Positions 53,791 through 63,570 are shown, counted from the first letter of the stretch. The stretch: DNA of 64,000 nt from Candidatus Bipolaricaulota bacterium (GCA_040752575.1 JBFMGK010000027.1:110319-174318), one strand, 5' to 3'. Notes: generated by a model from the letters alone, not told the origin. Program-made: numbers and translations.

Positions 53791-56265
53791 CTATGGCGGA
53801 ACGATCACGTTCCGCTCGACGGACGTTAGGTCCCCCTGATCGTCGATCACGACCAGCGTCACGTTGTACGTTCCCGGTTCGCTGTAGCAGTGAACGGGCC
53901 GAAACCGATCGACCGATCCACAGCTCCCCGGCAAGCCCGGGCACGTAGTGCCGTCGCCGAAGTCCCACGCGACGTGAAGGATCGAGCCGAGGGGGCTCGG
54001 GTCAAACGACGCCGAGGCGTCGAACCAGATCCCGGCGGCGCATTCGGTCCATGTACCCACTTCGAACGCCGCGACGGGCGGGGCGTTGGAGACCTTCACG
54101 ACGATGGAACTCTCGGCAACGGCTCCGTCGTCGTCGGTGATCGTCACGCGCACGGTGTGCGCTCCGTCGTTCTCGAAGACATGCTGCACGCTCTGCCCGG
54201 CAGCAGAGGTTCCGTCCCCAAACTCCCACCTCCAAACGGCGATCGTCCCGTCTGGATCGAAGCCCGTCGCGGAGAACGCGACCTCGTCGCCATCGGCCGG
54301 AGACGGAGGGCTTGCCACAACGTGGTCGACGCGCGGGGTGCGGTTCTTCACCTGGATGGCGAGGGTTGCCACGGACTCGGCCCCGTCGTCGTCGCGCGCG
54401 GCAACGCGGACCGAGAAAGAGCCGTCGTCATCGTAGGTTCGGGTCGTCGCTCCGGCGGCCGTCTCCGCGTCCCACGTCCCGTCCCCGTCCAGGTCCCATA
54501 GGTAGGCGACGACTCGCCCGGTTGGGCTGGGGTCGACCGCCGTGGCGGAAAACGAGAACGCGGTGCCGGTTTCGAGGGACGCCGCGGCCGCGGAGAGCGA
54601 GACCGTGGGCGGCAGGTTCCGGACCGAGATTACCGCTTCGGCTTGCCCCTCGGCACCTCGATCGTCCGTGACCACGAGGACCACGGCGTACTCCCCGGCA
54701 TCGGCGTAGACATGGGATGCGGTCTGCGAGTCGGCCTCCGCTCCGTCGCCGAACGACCAGTGCCACTGGGCAAGGGTCCCGTCGGCATCGAAGCCGCAAG
54801 CACCGACGCTGAACGTCTGCGTCTCGTCCAACGCGAACGACGATACGCTGAACTGGGCCGTCGGTGCGCAGTTCACGTCGAGGGAGACGATCGCGGGGAG
54901 CGAGCGGCCCCCGGCATCGTCGTGGACCACGAGGCGCGGCGTCACTATGCCGCACCGCTCGATACGATGCGACACGATGGGGTCCGATGTCGTGAAATCG
55001 TCTGTGCCGTCTCCGTCGAAGTCCCACACGTACGTCGCAAGTGTTCCGTCTTCGTCGCGAGACGAAGAAGCGTCGAACGACGTACTCGCTCCGGTATCGG
55101 GCACCGGCGGAGCGACGGTGAAAGCGGCCGTCGGCAGGCGATTGGCAATCAGAAGGGGTGCCGAGTACGTCGCCTCGTCGCCTTGGGCGTCGCGCACGCG
55201 GAGCGTGACGACGAACTCCCCCGGACGGCTGTACGCGTGCTCGGGGGACGGAAGCTCGCTCGTGGTCCCGTCGCCGAAGTCCCAGCTCCAGGCGATGAGT
55301 GCGCCCTCTTCATCGCTCGATTCGTCGCAGAACCTGAGCGGATCCAGAGTCGTCCACGTGCGGCGCCCCGAGGTCGAGCGCACGCTGAAGTCGGCCGTCG
55401 GCGGACGTGATGCGACCACCAAGAGGGGGAGCGTGAAGGTCGACATGTCTCCCGCCGCGTTGTAGACGGCCAAGGTCACGATGTAGACGCCGGGCTCGCC
55501 GTAGACGTGATGAACGGTCGGAAGGGTCGTCGTCCCTCCGGTGCCGTCACCGAAGTCCCACTCGAAGCGCGTGACGACCGTCATGCGGTCGAAAGAGCCC
55601 GAGGCGTCGAAGGTCGCCGTACGTCCCGGCGGAGGAGCCGGGGGATCGACGCGCAGCACGGCGACGGGCGGATGGTACAGAGAGGCATTCGCGGCGCGCG
55701 GCGTTCCGCCCGTGCCGGCGGGGGAAGTGACCCAGACCGCAGGGCTGTCGTCGGCGTCGAAGCGCGACCGCTCCATCGGTGCGCAGGGAGGTGCCCCGTG
55801 AACGTTGGTCCCGGCCGGCCATCGCCCATCGCCCTGGAAGTTCGCGGTGTCGACAAGGCGCCCCGAGGCGTCGTAGAGGGCCAGGGACTCGCCCGTATCT
55901 GCAAGGGCCCCGGCATAGATCAGGTCTGCCGTGATTCCGGGGACGGCGTCGTCGCTGTCGCGTTCCAGGAGCAAGTAGCCCGCGTCGGCAGCGGATGGGG
56001 CGTTCTTCGCCAAGGTTCCCGCAAGGAGGATGTCCGGGGAGCCGTCGGACGAGACGAGTCGCCATCCGGCGAGGTCGAGGGGCGCATCGGAGACGTTCGT
56101 GAGCTCGATCCACTCTGCCTGTGCGCGGTCGGGCGAACCTCCCCAGGCGACCTCGTTGATCCGCACCGTCCCCAGGGGAGCGGTCGACGAGGTCGCACCC
56201 GCAAGGGCGAGGATCGGGACAGCGAGGAGGGTGAAGCCCAAGACCCTGCGCCTTTCCCGCAACAT
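53791..56265 (-). CDS. Secreted lamin-tail-domain + 7x PKD repeat surface protein
   Basis: Signal peptide; VRINEVAW..EWIELTN..DLAGWRL (LTD); seven W(D/S/E)(F/L)(D)GDG PKD cores with HxY..PG.Y.VTL-type strands. Confidence 0.88.
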   Translation of the reverse strand: MLRERRRVLGFTLLAVPILALAGATSSTAPLGTVRINEVAWGGSPDRAQAEWIELTNVSDAPLDLAGWRLVSSDGSPDILLAGTLAKNAPSAADAGYLLLERDSDDAVPGITADLIYAGALADTGESLALYDASGRLVDTANFQGDGRWPAGTNVHGAPPCAPMERSRFDADDSPAVWVTSPAGTGGTPRAANASLYHPPVAVLRVDPPAPPPGRTATFDASGSFDRMTVVTRFEWDFGDGTGGTTTLPTVHHVYGEPGVYIVTLAVYNAAGDMSTFTLPLLVVASRPPTADFSVRSTSGRRTWTTLDPLRFCDESSDEEGALIAWSWDFGDGTTSELPSPEHAYSRPGEFVVTLRVRDAQGDEATYSAPLLIANRLPTAAFTVAPPVPDTGASTSFDASSSRDEDGTLATYVWDFDGDGTDDFTTSDPIVSHRIERCGIVTPRLVVHDDAGGRSLPAIVSLDVNCAPTAQFSVSSFALDETQTFSVGACGFDADGTLAQWHWSFGDGAEADSQTASHVYADAGEYAVVLVVTDDRGAEGQAEAVISVRNLPPTVSLSAAAASLETGTAFSFSATAVDPSPTGRVVAYLWDLDGDGTWDAETAAGATTRTYDDDGSFSVRVAARDDDGAESVATLAIQVKNRTPRVDHVVASPPSPADGDEVAFSATGFDPDGTIAVWRWEFGDGTSAAGQSVQHVFENDGAHTVRVTITDDDGAVAESSIVVKVSNAPPVAAFEVGTWTECAAGIWFDASASFDPSPLGSILHVAWDFGDGTTCPGLPGSCGSVDRFRPVHCYSEPGTYNVTLVVIDDQGDLTSVERNVIVPP

Positions 56266-56348
56266 AACTCGCCTCCTCGGGCGCGACGCCAGATCTAGGC
56301 GCGGCCACGCGAACACTATACGACGTCGGGAGGCAGCCGCGGAACTGC

Positions 56349-57323
56349 CTATGTCGCTGCGAGATTCGGGCGTTCGGCCGGCCGTGCCGGGTCGCGGCGT
56401 TCGTAGGCTTCGATGATCCGCGCGACGAGGGGGTGGCGCACGACGTCCGAGCGGTCGAGATAGACGAACGAGATCCCGTCGATTCCCTGGAGCACATCCT
56501 GCACGGAAATCAGCCCGGACACCCGCTCCTCGAGGTCGACCTGGGTGATGTCGCCGGTGATGATCGCCCTCGAGTTGAAGCCTAGCCGCGTAAGGAACAT
56601 CTTCATCTGCGTCGACGTCGTGTTCTGGGCCTCGTCGAGGATGACGAAGCTGTTGTTGAGCGTCCGCCCGCGCATGAAGGCGAGAGGCGCCATCTCGATC
56701 CGGCCCATCTCGGTCAGCTTTTCGAACTCGCTTGCCGGGATCATGTCGAACATGGCGTCGTACAGCGGTCGCAAATACGGGCTTACCTTCGCCTGAATGT
56801 CGCCGGGGAGGAAGCCGAGTTCTTCTCCTGCCTCTACCGCCGGACGCGTAAGGATGATGCGCTTTGCCTTCTCACGCTTCAGGGCGTCGATGGCCATGGC
56901 CACCGCGAGGTAGGTCTTGCCGGTTCCCGCGGGGCCGATGGCGAAGACGACATCGCTGTCGCGCACGGCCTGAACGTAACGATGCTGGCCGACGGTCTTC
57001 GCGCGGATCTCCTCGCCCCAGTGGGTGACGCGCACCACGTCGGACAGGACGCCTTGGACGCCGACGCCCGCCTTCACCTGGTCGATCAGATAGCGCACGT
57101 CGGCCGTGGAGGGGTAGTGGTTCTTGCCGATCAGCGAGATCAGTTTTTCGAACAGCGTGCGAACGCGCTCGACCTCTTCCGCGTCGCCCTCCACATGGAT
57201 CGTCTCCCCACGGGCGAGGATCTTCGCGGAGAACGCCCGCTCGATCTCTTTGAGGTTGCGGTTGTACTGGCCGAACAGCGCCGCCGCCTCCGCGTCGTCA
57301 CGCAGCGTCAGCTCTGTCTGCAC
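56349..57323 (-). CDS. phoH: PhoH-like ATPase
   Basis: GPAGTGKTYLA, LTRPAVEAGE.LGFLPGD, PLAFMRGRTL, DEAQN, GDITQVDL, DVVRHPLV. Confidence 0.95.
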   Translation of the reverse strand: MQTELTLRDDAEAAALFGQYNRNLKEIERAFSAKILARGETIHVEGDAEEVERVRTLFEKLISLIGKNHYPSTADVRYLIDQVKAGVGVQGVLSDVVRVTHWGEEIRAKTVGQHRYVQAVRDSDVVFAIGPAGTGKTYLAVAMAIDALKREKAKRIILTRPAVEAGEELGFLPGDIQAKVSPYLRPLYDAMFDMIPASEFEKLTEMGRIEMAPLAFMRGRTLNNSFVILDEAQNTTSTQMKMFLTRLGFNSRAIITGDITQVDLEERVSGLISVQDVLQGIDGISFVYLDRSDVVRHPLVARIIEAYERRDPARPAERPNLAAT

Positions 57324-58644
57324 TCGATCGATGGTCGCTCACTCCTTCCATCTCGTCGTAGGCGGCCCGCACGATGCGAACGCGCGCCATGGAGCCCACG
57401 GGAAGATCGACGGGCGAACGGAACCGCACCGGGAGATAGGTTGACGTGTATCCGCGGTACTGGCGGCCGCAACGCTCCTCGACGAGAACATCTTCGGTTG
57501 CCCCGATACGTTCGTCAAGAAGGGCACGTCGGATAGGCTCCCAGACGCGGTGCAGGGCCTCCGCGCGGGCGCGCTTGACGTCTTCTGCGAGAGAATTGCG
57601 GAATCCGGCGGCCTCGGTGCCCGGGCGTTCAGAGTAACGAAACGCGTGAAGGTTTGCGTAGCGGGCTGTGCGGACCAGATCGCAAGTCCTAGCGAACGCA
57701 GCCTCGTCCTCGCCGGGGAAACCGACGAGGAGATCGGTGCCGAACGTGGCGTCGGGGAGGATCTTGCGCGCACGCGAGATGGCGTCGAGATGCTGGGCAA
57801 CCGACGTGGCGCGCCGCATGGCACGGAGCGTGCGATCGTCACCGCTCTGGGCCGGAACGTGGAAATGCCGGGCGAAGCGGGGTTCCCCGGCCGCCACGTG
57901 CAGAAGGGCGTCGGTCAGACCGTCGGCGGGAATGGATGCCAGCCGCAGCCGGGCAAGTCCAGGAATGGCGAGGAGTCGGCGTACGAGATCCGGCAAAGAA
58001 CCCTCTTCCGGTGCGTACTCGGCGAGGTTGATTCCGGCAAGGACGATTTCGGGCACGCCGCGCGCGACGAGATCGCGGGCTTCGGCCTCGGCCGCAGCCA
58101 GCGACTTGCTGCGCACCGGGCCTCGAACCTTCACGGCGAGGCAGTAGGCGCAGGCTCGCGAACAACCGTCTTCGATCTTGAGGAACGCGCGGACGCGGCC
58201 GGGGATCCCGAAGGTCCTCTCATCGTCCAACGATAGGATGGGGCGTGCGGGCAGGGCCCCCCGTCGGCCACAGAGGATCGCCGCGACGACATCCTGAACG
58301 TGTGGCTTCCAGGCATTCCCCGCGAGGAGTTCGGCCGGAGCGAACGTCGTCCAGCCACGGGCCGCGGCGTCGGCAAGACACCCCACGAGGATGACGGAAG
58401 CCCCCGTCGCGTGGGCGCGCCGAGCCGCTTGGCGCGCCTTCTTCTCCGCGAGCCGCGTGACGGCACAGCCATTGATCACCACGACGTCGGGAGTCTCCTC
58501 GGTCACGAGGAATCGCGAGGCCAGGCTGCGGCGCATCGCGTCCGTGTCGGCCTGATTCACACGACAGCCGAAAGTGACGAGGGCGACGCGGGGATGCCTC
58601 GGCGTCTCCGGAGAACACGAAGACGAAGTGTCGTTCCGAAGCAT
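57298..58644 (-). CDS. mtaB: Radical SAM tRNA methylthiotransferase (MtaB-like)
   Basis: TFGCRVNQ, NGCAVT, GCSRACAYC (CxxxCxxC), HVPAQSG, VGFPGE, YSERPGT, C-terminal TRAM. Confidence 0.85.
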   Translation of the reverse strand: MLRNDTSSSCSPETPRHPRVALVTFGCRVNQADTDAMRRSLASRFLVTEETPDVVVINGCAVTRLAEKKARQAARRAHATGASVILVGCLADAAARGWTTFAPAELLAGNAWKPHVQDVVAAILCGRRGALPARPILSLDDERTFGIPGRVRAFLKIEDGCSRACAYCLAVKVRGPVRSKSLAAAEAEARDLVARGVPEIVLAGINLAEYAPEEGSLPDLVRRLLAIPGLARLRLASIPADGLTDALLHVAAGEPRFARHFHVPAQSGDDRTLRAMRRATSVAQHLDAISRARKILPDATFGTDLLVGFPGEDEAAFARTCDLVRTARYANLHAFRYSERPGTEAAGFRNSLAEDVKRARAEALHRVWEPIRRALLDERIGATEDVLVEERCGRQYRGYTSTYLPVRFRSPVDLPVGSMARVRIVRAAYDEMEGVSDHRSSADRADAA

Positions 58645-58651
58645 AGACTAG

Positions 58652-58679
58652 AGGATATCCCTGCGGCCGCGCGTGTCAA
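58652..58679 (-). promoter_or_regulatory. Promoter for mtaB-phoH (leaderless)
   Basis: TTGACA-N16-TATCCT, 7 nt before ATG 58644. Confidence 0.55.
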
Positions 58680-58715
58680 CCGGCGTGGGGATCGAGCGGA
58701 ACCGCGGCGGCGGAG

Positions 58716-58744
58716 TTGACATCCACCTGTAGTTGTGATAGGGT
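58716..58744 (+). promoter_or_regulatory. Promoter for LCP-rsfS
   Basis: TTGACA-N17-TAGGGT with TGn extension. Confidence 0.5.
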
Positions 58745-58763
58745 CGGCATTGGGGAAAAGGGG

Positions 58764-59930
58764 ATGAGGGGCAACTCAGTTCGCAAGACGATTCTCTACG
58801 GAGCGGCCGGCGCGATGGTCTGTGGCATCGCGCTTCTCGCATGGGCGCTCACGGCTACCGACAACGATCCGCCATGGGTCCGCGGTTTGGGAAACATCCT
58901 GTTGGCGTTCGAGGGGGAGACTGGCGATGGCGTGGGTGTTGAGGCGTTGGGCGTCTTGACCCTCGGCGGCAGCCGCGCGGCGTTGTTGTGGGTGCCGGAG
59001 GATCTCACGGCCGAGGGGACGAACTGCACGGCGCGGAGCCTTGGCGACGTCGGAGCGATCTGTGGTTGGGCGTGTTGCGGCGAGGAGGTCGGCGCGATCC
59101 TCGGATTGACGATGGATGCGTATGTAGTCCTGCGCCCGGGAGCTGCCGCGAGGTTGCTCGAGAGCGTTGGAGGAGTTCGCGTCGATGTGCGCGGCACCGT
59201 GACGTATCGCAGTCCGTCCGGCGCGGGCGCAGGGGAACTCACCTTGCACTCCGGCGACCGGCACCTCGACGCGGAAGAAGCGTTGGCCTACGCACGGGGA
59301 AGCTCGAGCGGAGAGACGGAAGCGGACCGGCGCGGCAAGCTCTTGGGGGCCTTCCTGTCCGCGGCGAGCGTGGCCGCGTCGGATGGCGTGCCGCGGGCGA
59401 TTCGTGATGAACTGCGGCGTGCCGAGAGTAACCTCACGTGGGCCGAGCGACTTGATGTGTTTGAGGAGCTGGTCGACCGCGTCCCGGCCGTGGCGTCGGC
59501 CGAGGTCCCGACGCGGGTGGTCGTTCGCGACGGGGAGGCGAGACGGGTTGCGTTGGCGGTCGAGACGGAGCAGCTCATCGCGTCCCTCGTGCGCGGCCGC
59601 GTCGTTCTGCGCCCTGAAGACGTCACCGTTGCCGTGTTCAACGGCAACGGTCTTCGCTTGGCGGCGACGCGCGGGGCGGAGTACTTGATGGATCGCGGGT
59701 TCCGCGTATCGCGAGTGACGAACGCGGAATCGTTCGACTATGAGCTGACGATGGTCGTGGTCTTGACGGATCTGGCCAAGGCGTGGATCCTTCGGGATGC
59801 GCTTCCTGGGGATGCCACCATCACGACACCCGAGGAGTTCGCGCCGCGCTACGACGCGCTACGGGCGATGGTGCCCCTGGGAACGGATGTCGTGCTCGTC
59901 GTCGGCGCGGGGATGGAGTTTGGGCGATGA
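58764..59930 (+). CDS. LCP (LytR-CpsA-Psr)-like protein with LytR C-terminal domain, divergent
   Basis: N-terminal TM; VGGVRVDV, LDAEEALAYAR; C-terminal VAVFNGNGLRLAA..L..RGF, DVVLVVG. Confidence 0.75.
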   Translation: MRGNSVRKTILYGAAGAMVCGIALLAWALTATDNDPPWVRGLGNILLAFEGETGDGVGVEALGVLTLGGSRAALLWVPEDLTAEGTNCTARSLGDVGAICGWACCGEEVGAILGLTMDAYVVLRPGAAARLLESVGGVRVDVRGTVTYRSPSGAGAGELTLHSGDRHLDAEEALAYARGSSSGETEADRRGKLLGAFLSAASVAASDGVPRAIRDELRRAESNLTWAERLDVFEELVDRVPAVASAEVPTRVVVRDGEARRVALAVETEQLIASLVRGRVVLRPEDVTVAVFNGNGLRLAATRGAEYLMDRGFRVSRVTNAESFDYELTMVVVLTDLAKAWILRDALPGDATITTPEEFAPRYDALRAMVPLGTDVVLVVGAGMEFGR

Positions 59931-60277
59931 CGGACCGGGAACTGGTGCTTGCCGCCGCGAGGATCCTCTCCGATAAAAAGGGTGAGGGGATCGTGTTGAT
60001 TGACCTTTCGGACGTCTCGATTCCCACGAGCTTCTTCCTCGTGGTCGACGCGGACAACCCTGTCCACGCAAAAGCCCTTGTCTCCGCGTTGCGGGAGGGC
60101 CTCCCGGAAAAACCGCTGCGCAGCGAGGGTCTCGAGGAGCGGAAGTGGGTCGTCCTCGACTACGGGGACGTCGTCGTTCACGTGTTCGAACGGCAGACGC
60201 GGAAGTTCTACGACATCGAGTCTCTCTGGGCAGACCACATGGTTTCCTTGGAAGACATCGCTGTTCCGTCTCGATAG
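59927..60277 (+). CDS. rsfS: Ribosome silencing factor
   Basis: DKKGEGIVLIDL, EG..KWVVLDYGDVVVHVF..RKFYDIESLW; ATGA overlap. Confidence 0.93.
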   Translation: MTDRELVLAAARILSDKKGEGIVLIDLSDVSIPTSFFLVVDADNPVHAKALVSALREGLPEKPLRSEGLEERKWVVLDYGDVVVHVFERQTRKFYDIESLWADHMVSLEDIAVPSR

Positions 60278-60296
60278 GCGTCATCGCCGCGACACT

Positions 60297-63182
60297 TCAG
60301 GCCGAACCTTCAAGCCTCCGGTCCGGGCAGATCGCGGCGTAGGGGCAGAAGCGGCACGCCTGATAGGCGGGCTCGGCGGGGAAAGCCCCGTCCCGCAAGC
60401 CGGCAGTGACTCGTGCGATGTCGCGCCGCGCCGCGGCGATGCCTTTCTCGGTAGGGACGGTCGCCCCGCGGACCACCTCGGGCGTCAGGAACCGTAACTC
60501 CATCGCGTTGGGGAGCTCGCCCGTCATCTGCCGATAGGCAAGGGCGTAGATGGCGAGCTGTAGGCTATCTTTCGCGCGGCGCTCGGCTTGCTCGCGATCG
60601 AGGGGAGCGGAGGTCTTGTAGTCGATGATGCGACCCTCGCCGTCGATGCGGTCGATACGATCGAACACGCCGACCAGGCGAACGCCTTCGTCGACGATGG
60701 AGAAGCGCTTCTCGACGTAGAGCGGGACGACTCCCTCCTCGAACTCGAAGGCGTGGAACGCACGCAGGGCCTCGAGGCCTTCCTGGAGCCGCAGTTCCTC
60801 GTGTTGGCGGGTCAGGAAGCCTTCGGCTCGCCAGTGTCGGCGGAACACGGCGTGGAGAACGTCAAGGGGCACCACTTCTCCGGCAAGGCGGCCGATGTGG
60901 TATGCGCGGATCGCCTGGTGCACGGCGTTGCCATACACCATGGCGTGGTGAGGTCGCACGGGGACGCGCAAGATGTGGACATATCGGTAGCGCTGCGGAC
61001 ACGTGAGGTAGTCGTCGACCTGCCGAAAGCTCAACGAGGTCGGTTCACCCGGCGCGGCGCCCGAAGGTGCGACGGTCTTTGCCGCAATCGCGCGTCCTCG
61101 ACGCCGCACCGGGGCGAGCGGATCGCCGGGCGTAGGTCGGAGTTGCTCGGCCTCGAGGGCGCGCGCCGCGCCGACGAAGAGACGCGGCGTGCGGGCGCGC
61201 GTTCCCCCGACGTCCGTCGCACTCGTCAGATACAGGTCGTCGCGCGCGCGCGTCATCCCCACGTAGAAGAGGCGGCGCTCCTCACGCAGATGCGTGTCCT
61301 GCGTGGGCAGTGGCCCCTTTGCCAGCTCGGCGGGCAAGGGAATTGGATCAGACCTCTGGATCGAAGGGAAGCGCCCGGCGACGAGGCCGACGAGGAAGAC
61401 GACGCCGAACTCGAGCCCCTTGGCCTGGTGCACCGTGAGAATCTGCACGGCATCGGCATCGAGGAGGGCGTCGCCGACGGGTGGGTTGTCGCCGGCCTCG
61501 ATGAGCGAGTCGAGGTAGTCGACGAACCACGTGACGCGGTCATAGCGCGCCACCTCTCCGAACCGCTCGGCGATGGAGAACAGCCGTGCGAGATTCTGCA
61601 GTCGCATGGCGTCGGCCGGCTGGGGCGAGGCCGAGAGTCGTTCGAGGGTCCCTGTTCGCTCCGACAGGAAGCGGTAGAGAACCTCGCCCGTGCGCTCGTG
61701 CGTTGCGGCGCCAAGGAGCTCGCTCACGTCGGCGACGAGGCGCCGGACGACGGCGGATGACGTGCCGGAGTCGCCGGGAATCAGCAGCTCCTCCCGCGGG
61801 GCGCGCAGAACCTCGAGGAGTGTGCGGTTCGCGCGGCTGGCGAGCGCCGTGGCGCGGGCGAGGGCCTCGGCGTCGACGCCGTAGAACGACGACGCGGCAA
61901 GGAAGTGGAGCGATGCATTGTCGGAGGGGTCAGCGACGACACGCAACAGAGCTGCGGCGGCGCGGACTTCCTCCTGGTCGTAGAGACCCCGGCTTCCCGT
62001 GAACCGCCACGGTGTCCGGGCGACGTTCAGCGCGCGGAGAAACGGAGAAGCCTGTGAGTTGGCACGCACGAGAATGGCGAAGTCCGCGAGCCGGCGCTGT
62101 TCACGCTGAGACCGTTCGCGGATGGTCTCCGCAACGAAGTCGGACTCGTCGTCGATCGTCTCGAAGATCCGCGGTTCGGGGGGACGGCCCGGCCCTCGCG
62201 TGGAGCGCAGGCGTTTGCAGATCCCCGCCTGGATCTCAAGTCGGTCCGGGTTGTTGTTCTGGATTAGCCGATAGGCTGCATCGAGGATCCCTTGCGTCGA
62301 TCGGTGGTTCTCTTCGAGGACGATCGTCTTGGCGTCGGGGTACGCATCGCGGAAACCAAGAAGGTTGCTCGCGGCGGCTCCGCGGAAGCCGTAGATCGAT
62401 TGATCGTCGTCGCCGCACGCCGTCAGGTTGTGGTGCGTCGCAAGAGCGCGGAGGAGCTCGAACTGAGCGTGATTGGTGTCCTGGAACTCGTCGACGAGCA
62501 CGAACCGGAATCTCTCAGCCAGGCTGGCGGACACGCGGGGCTGCTCGCGCAACAGACGCAGGGCAAGGGCGATGAGCCCCGCGAAGTCGACACAGCCGGC
62601 CTTGAGCAACAGGCGCACGTACGTTTCGTAAGCCGCGGCGAGCTCGCGCAGAGCCTCGCCGTCGTTCTCCTCGCCGAGGGCTGCGGCGAAGGACGCGTAG
62701 TGCGCGGGCGAGACATCCTCGTCCTGCGCGCGGGAGAACAAGGCGAGGAGCGCCTGCACGTGATGCAGAGGGTTGCCCAGAGGGCGGAAGCGGCGCAGCG
62801 GCAGCTCGAAGATGCGCTCCTTGAGGAAGATAGCTTGCTCTGCTTCCGTGAGGATGCGGTAGTCGGGCGCGAGGCCGAGGAGGAAGGCGTTCTCTCGCAC
62901 GAGACGATCACAGAACGAGTGGAAGGTGGCAATCTCCGACTCGACGTAGCCGTACGGAACCAGCCGATCCACGCGCTCCTCCATCTCGGTGGCGGCTTTG
63001 TCGGTGAACGTGAGCGCGAGAACCTCGGACGGCCGGGCCCTCTTCTCGGCGATCAGCCAGGCGATCCTGCGGGTCACGACGGTCGTCTTCCCCGTCCCGA
63101 CGCCCGCGACGACAAGGAGGGGACCTTCCCCGTGCGTGACCGCCTCGCGCTGTCGCAAGTTGAGGCCGGCCAAGAGGTCCAT
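60297..63182 (-). CDS. UvrD/PcrA-like helicase fused to a C-terminal PD-(D/E)XK nuclease with 4 Cys (AdnB/AddA-like)
   Basis: AGVGTGKT, LTFTDKAA, VDEFQDTN, GDDDQSIYGFRGA, TVHQAKGLEF, EERRLFYVGMTRA; LTCP, FDRID, IIDYKT, QLAIY, CRFCPYAAIC. Confidence 0.9.
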   Translation of the reverse strand: MDLLAGLNLRQREAVTHGEGPLLVVAGVGTGKTTVVTRRIAWLIAEKRARPSEVLALTFTDKAATEMEERVDRLVPYGYVESEIATFHSFCDRLVRENAFLLGLAPDYRILTEAEQAIFLKERIFELPLRRFRPLGNPLHHVQALLALFSRAQDEDVSPAHYASFAAALGEENDGEALRELAAAYETYVRLLLKAGCVDFAGLIALALRLLREQPRVSASLAERFRFVLVDEFQDTNHAQFELLRALATHHNLTACGDDDQSIYGFRGAAASNLLGFRDAYPDAKTIVLEENHRSTQGILDAAYRLIQNNNPDRLEIQAGICKRLRSTRGPGRPPEPRIFETIDDESDFVAETIRERSQREQRRLADFAILVRANSQASPFLRALNVARTPWRFTGSRGLYDQEEVRAAAALLRVVADPSDNASLHFLAASSFYGVDAEALARATALASRANRTLLEVLRAPREELLIPGDSGTSSAVVRRLVADVSELLGAATHERTGEVLYRFLSERTGTLERLSASPQPADAMRLQNLARLFSIAERFGEVARYDRVTWFVDYLDSLIEAGDNPPVGDALLDADAVQILTVHQAKGLEFGVVFLVGLVAGRFPSIQRSDPIPLPAELAKGPLPTQDTHLREERRLFYVGMTRARDDLYLTSATDVGGTRARTPRLFVGAARALEAEQLRPTPGDPLAPVRRRGRAIAAKTVAPSGAAPGEPTSLSFRQVDDYLTCPQRYRYVHILRVPVRPHHAMVYGNAVHQAIRAYHIGRLAGEVVPLDVLHAVFRRHWRAEGFLTRQHEELRLQEGLEALRAFHAFEFEEGVVPLYVEKRFSIVDEGVRLVGVFDRIDRIDGEGRIIDYKTSAPLDREQAERRAKDSLQLAIYALAYRQMTGELPNAMELRFLTPEVVRGATVPTEKGIAAARRDIARVTAGLRDGAFPAEPAYQACRFCPYAAICPDRRLEGSA

Positions 63183-63218
63183 CGCACCGGAGAGTACACG
63201 AGGCGACTCTGGAGACCC

Positions 63219-63249
63219 AAAAGAAAAGGGGGAAGCCGAAGCTTCCCCC
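63219..63249 (-). terminator. Intrinsic terminator after HU
   Basis: GGGGGAAGC-TTCG-GCTTCCCCC followed by TTTTCTTTT. Confidence 0.85.
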
Positions 63250-63273
63250 GGGTCTACATCTCTTGAACTGGAC

Positions 63274-63570
63274 CTACTTCTTCGTCCCGGACGCCTTCTT
63301 CGCGACGATGTCCTTCAGGTTCTTCCCGGCCTTGAACGCAGGGACGACCTTGGCCGGGGTCTTGATGCGCTGCCCGGTCTGCGGGTTCATCCTCGTCGTG
63401 GCCTTGCGCTTCCGGGTCTCGAACTTGCCGAATCCCGTGATGATGACCGGCTCGTTCTTCGAGAGCGCCTGCGTGATCACATCGACGACGCCGTCCAGCG
63501 CCGCACGCGCATCCTTCTTCGTCAGCCCCGTGCCCTTCGCCAGCTTCTCGACCAGTTCCGCTTTGTTCAC
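63274..63570 (-). CDS. hup: HU DNA-binding protein
   Basis: (M)NKAELV, ITGFGKFE, NPQTG, PAFKAGKNLKD; GTG start. Confidence 0.93.
   Translation of the reverse strand: MNKAELVEKLAKGTGLTKKDARAALDGVVDVITQALSKNEPVIITGFGKFETRKRKATTRMNPQTGQRIKTPAKVVPAFKAGKNLKDIVAKKASGTKK

Noticed and set aside
53900..55620. Recurring GTCCCA/CCGTCGCCGAA-like DNA words as a CRISPR or tandem repeat
   Set aside because: They encode the WDFGDG cores of PKD repeats; no identical repeats with spacers and no cas genes
60297..61030. Cas4-like nuclease suggesting CRISPR or defence
   Set aside because: It is the fused C-terminal domain of a UvrD helicase in a housekeeping context, with no array or defence genes
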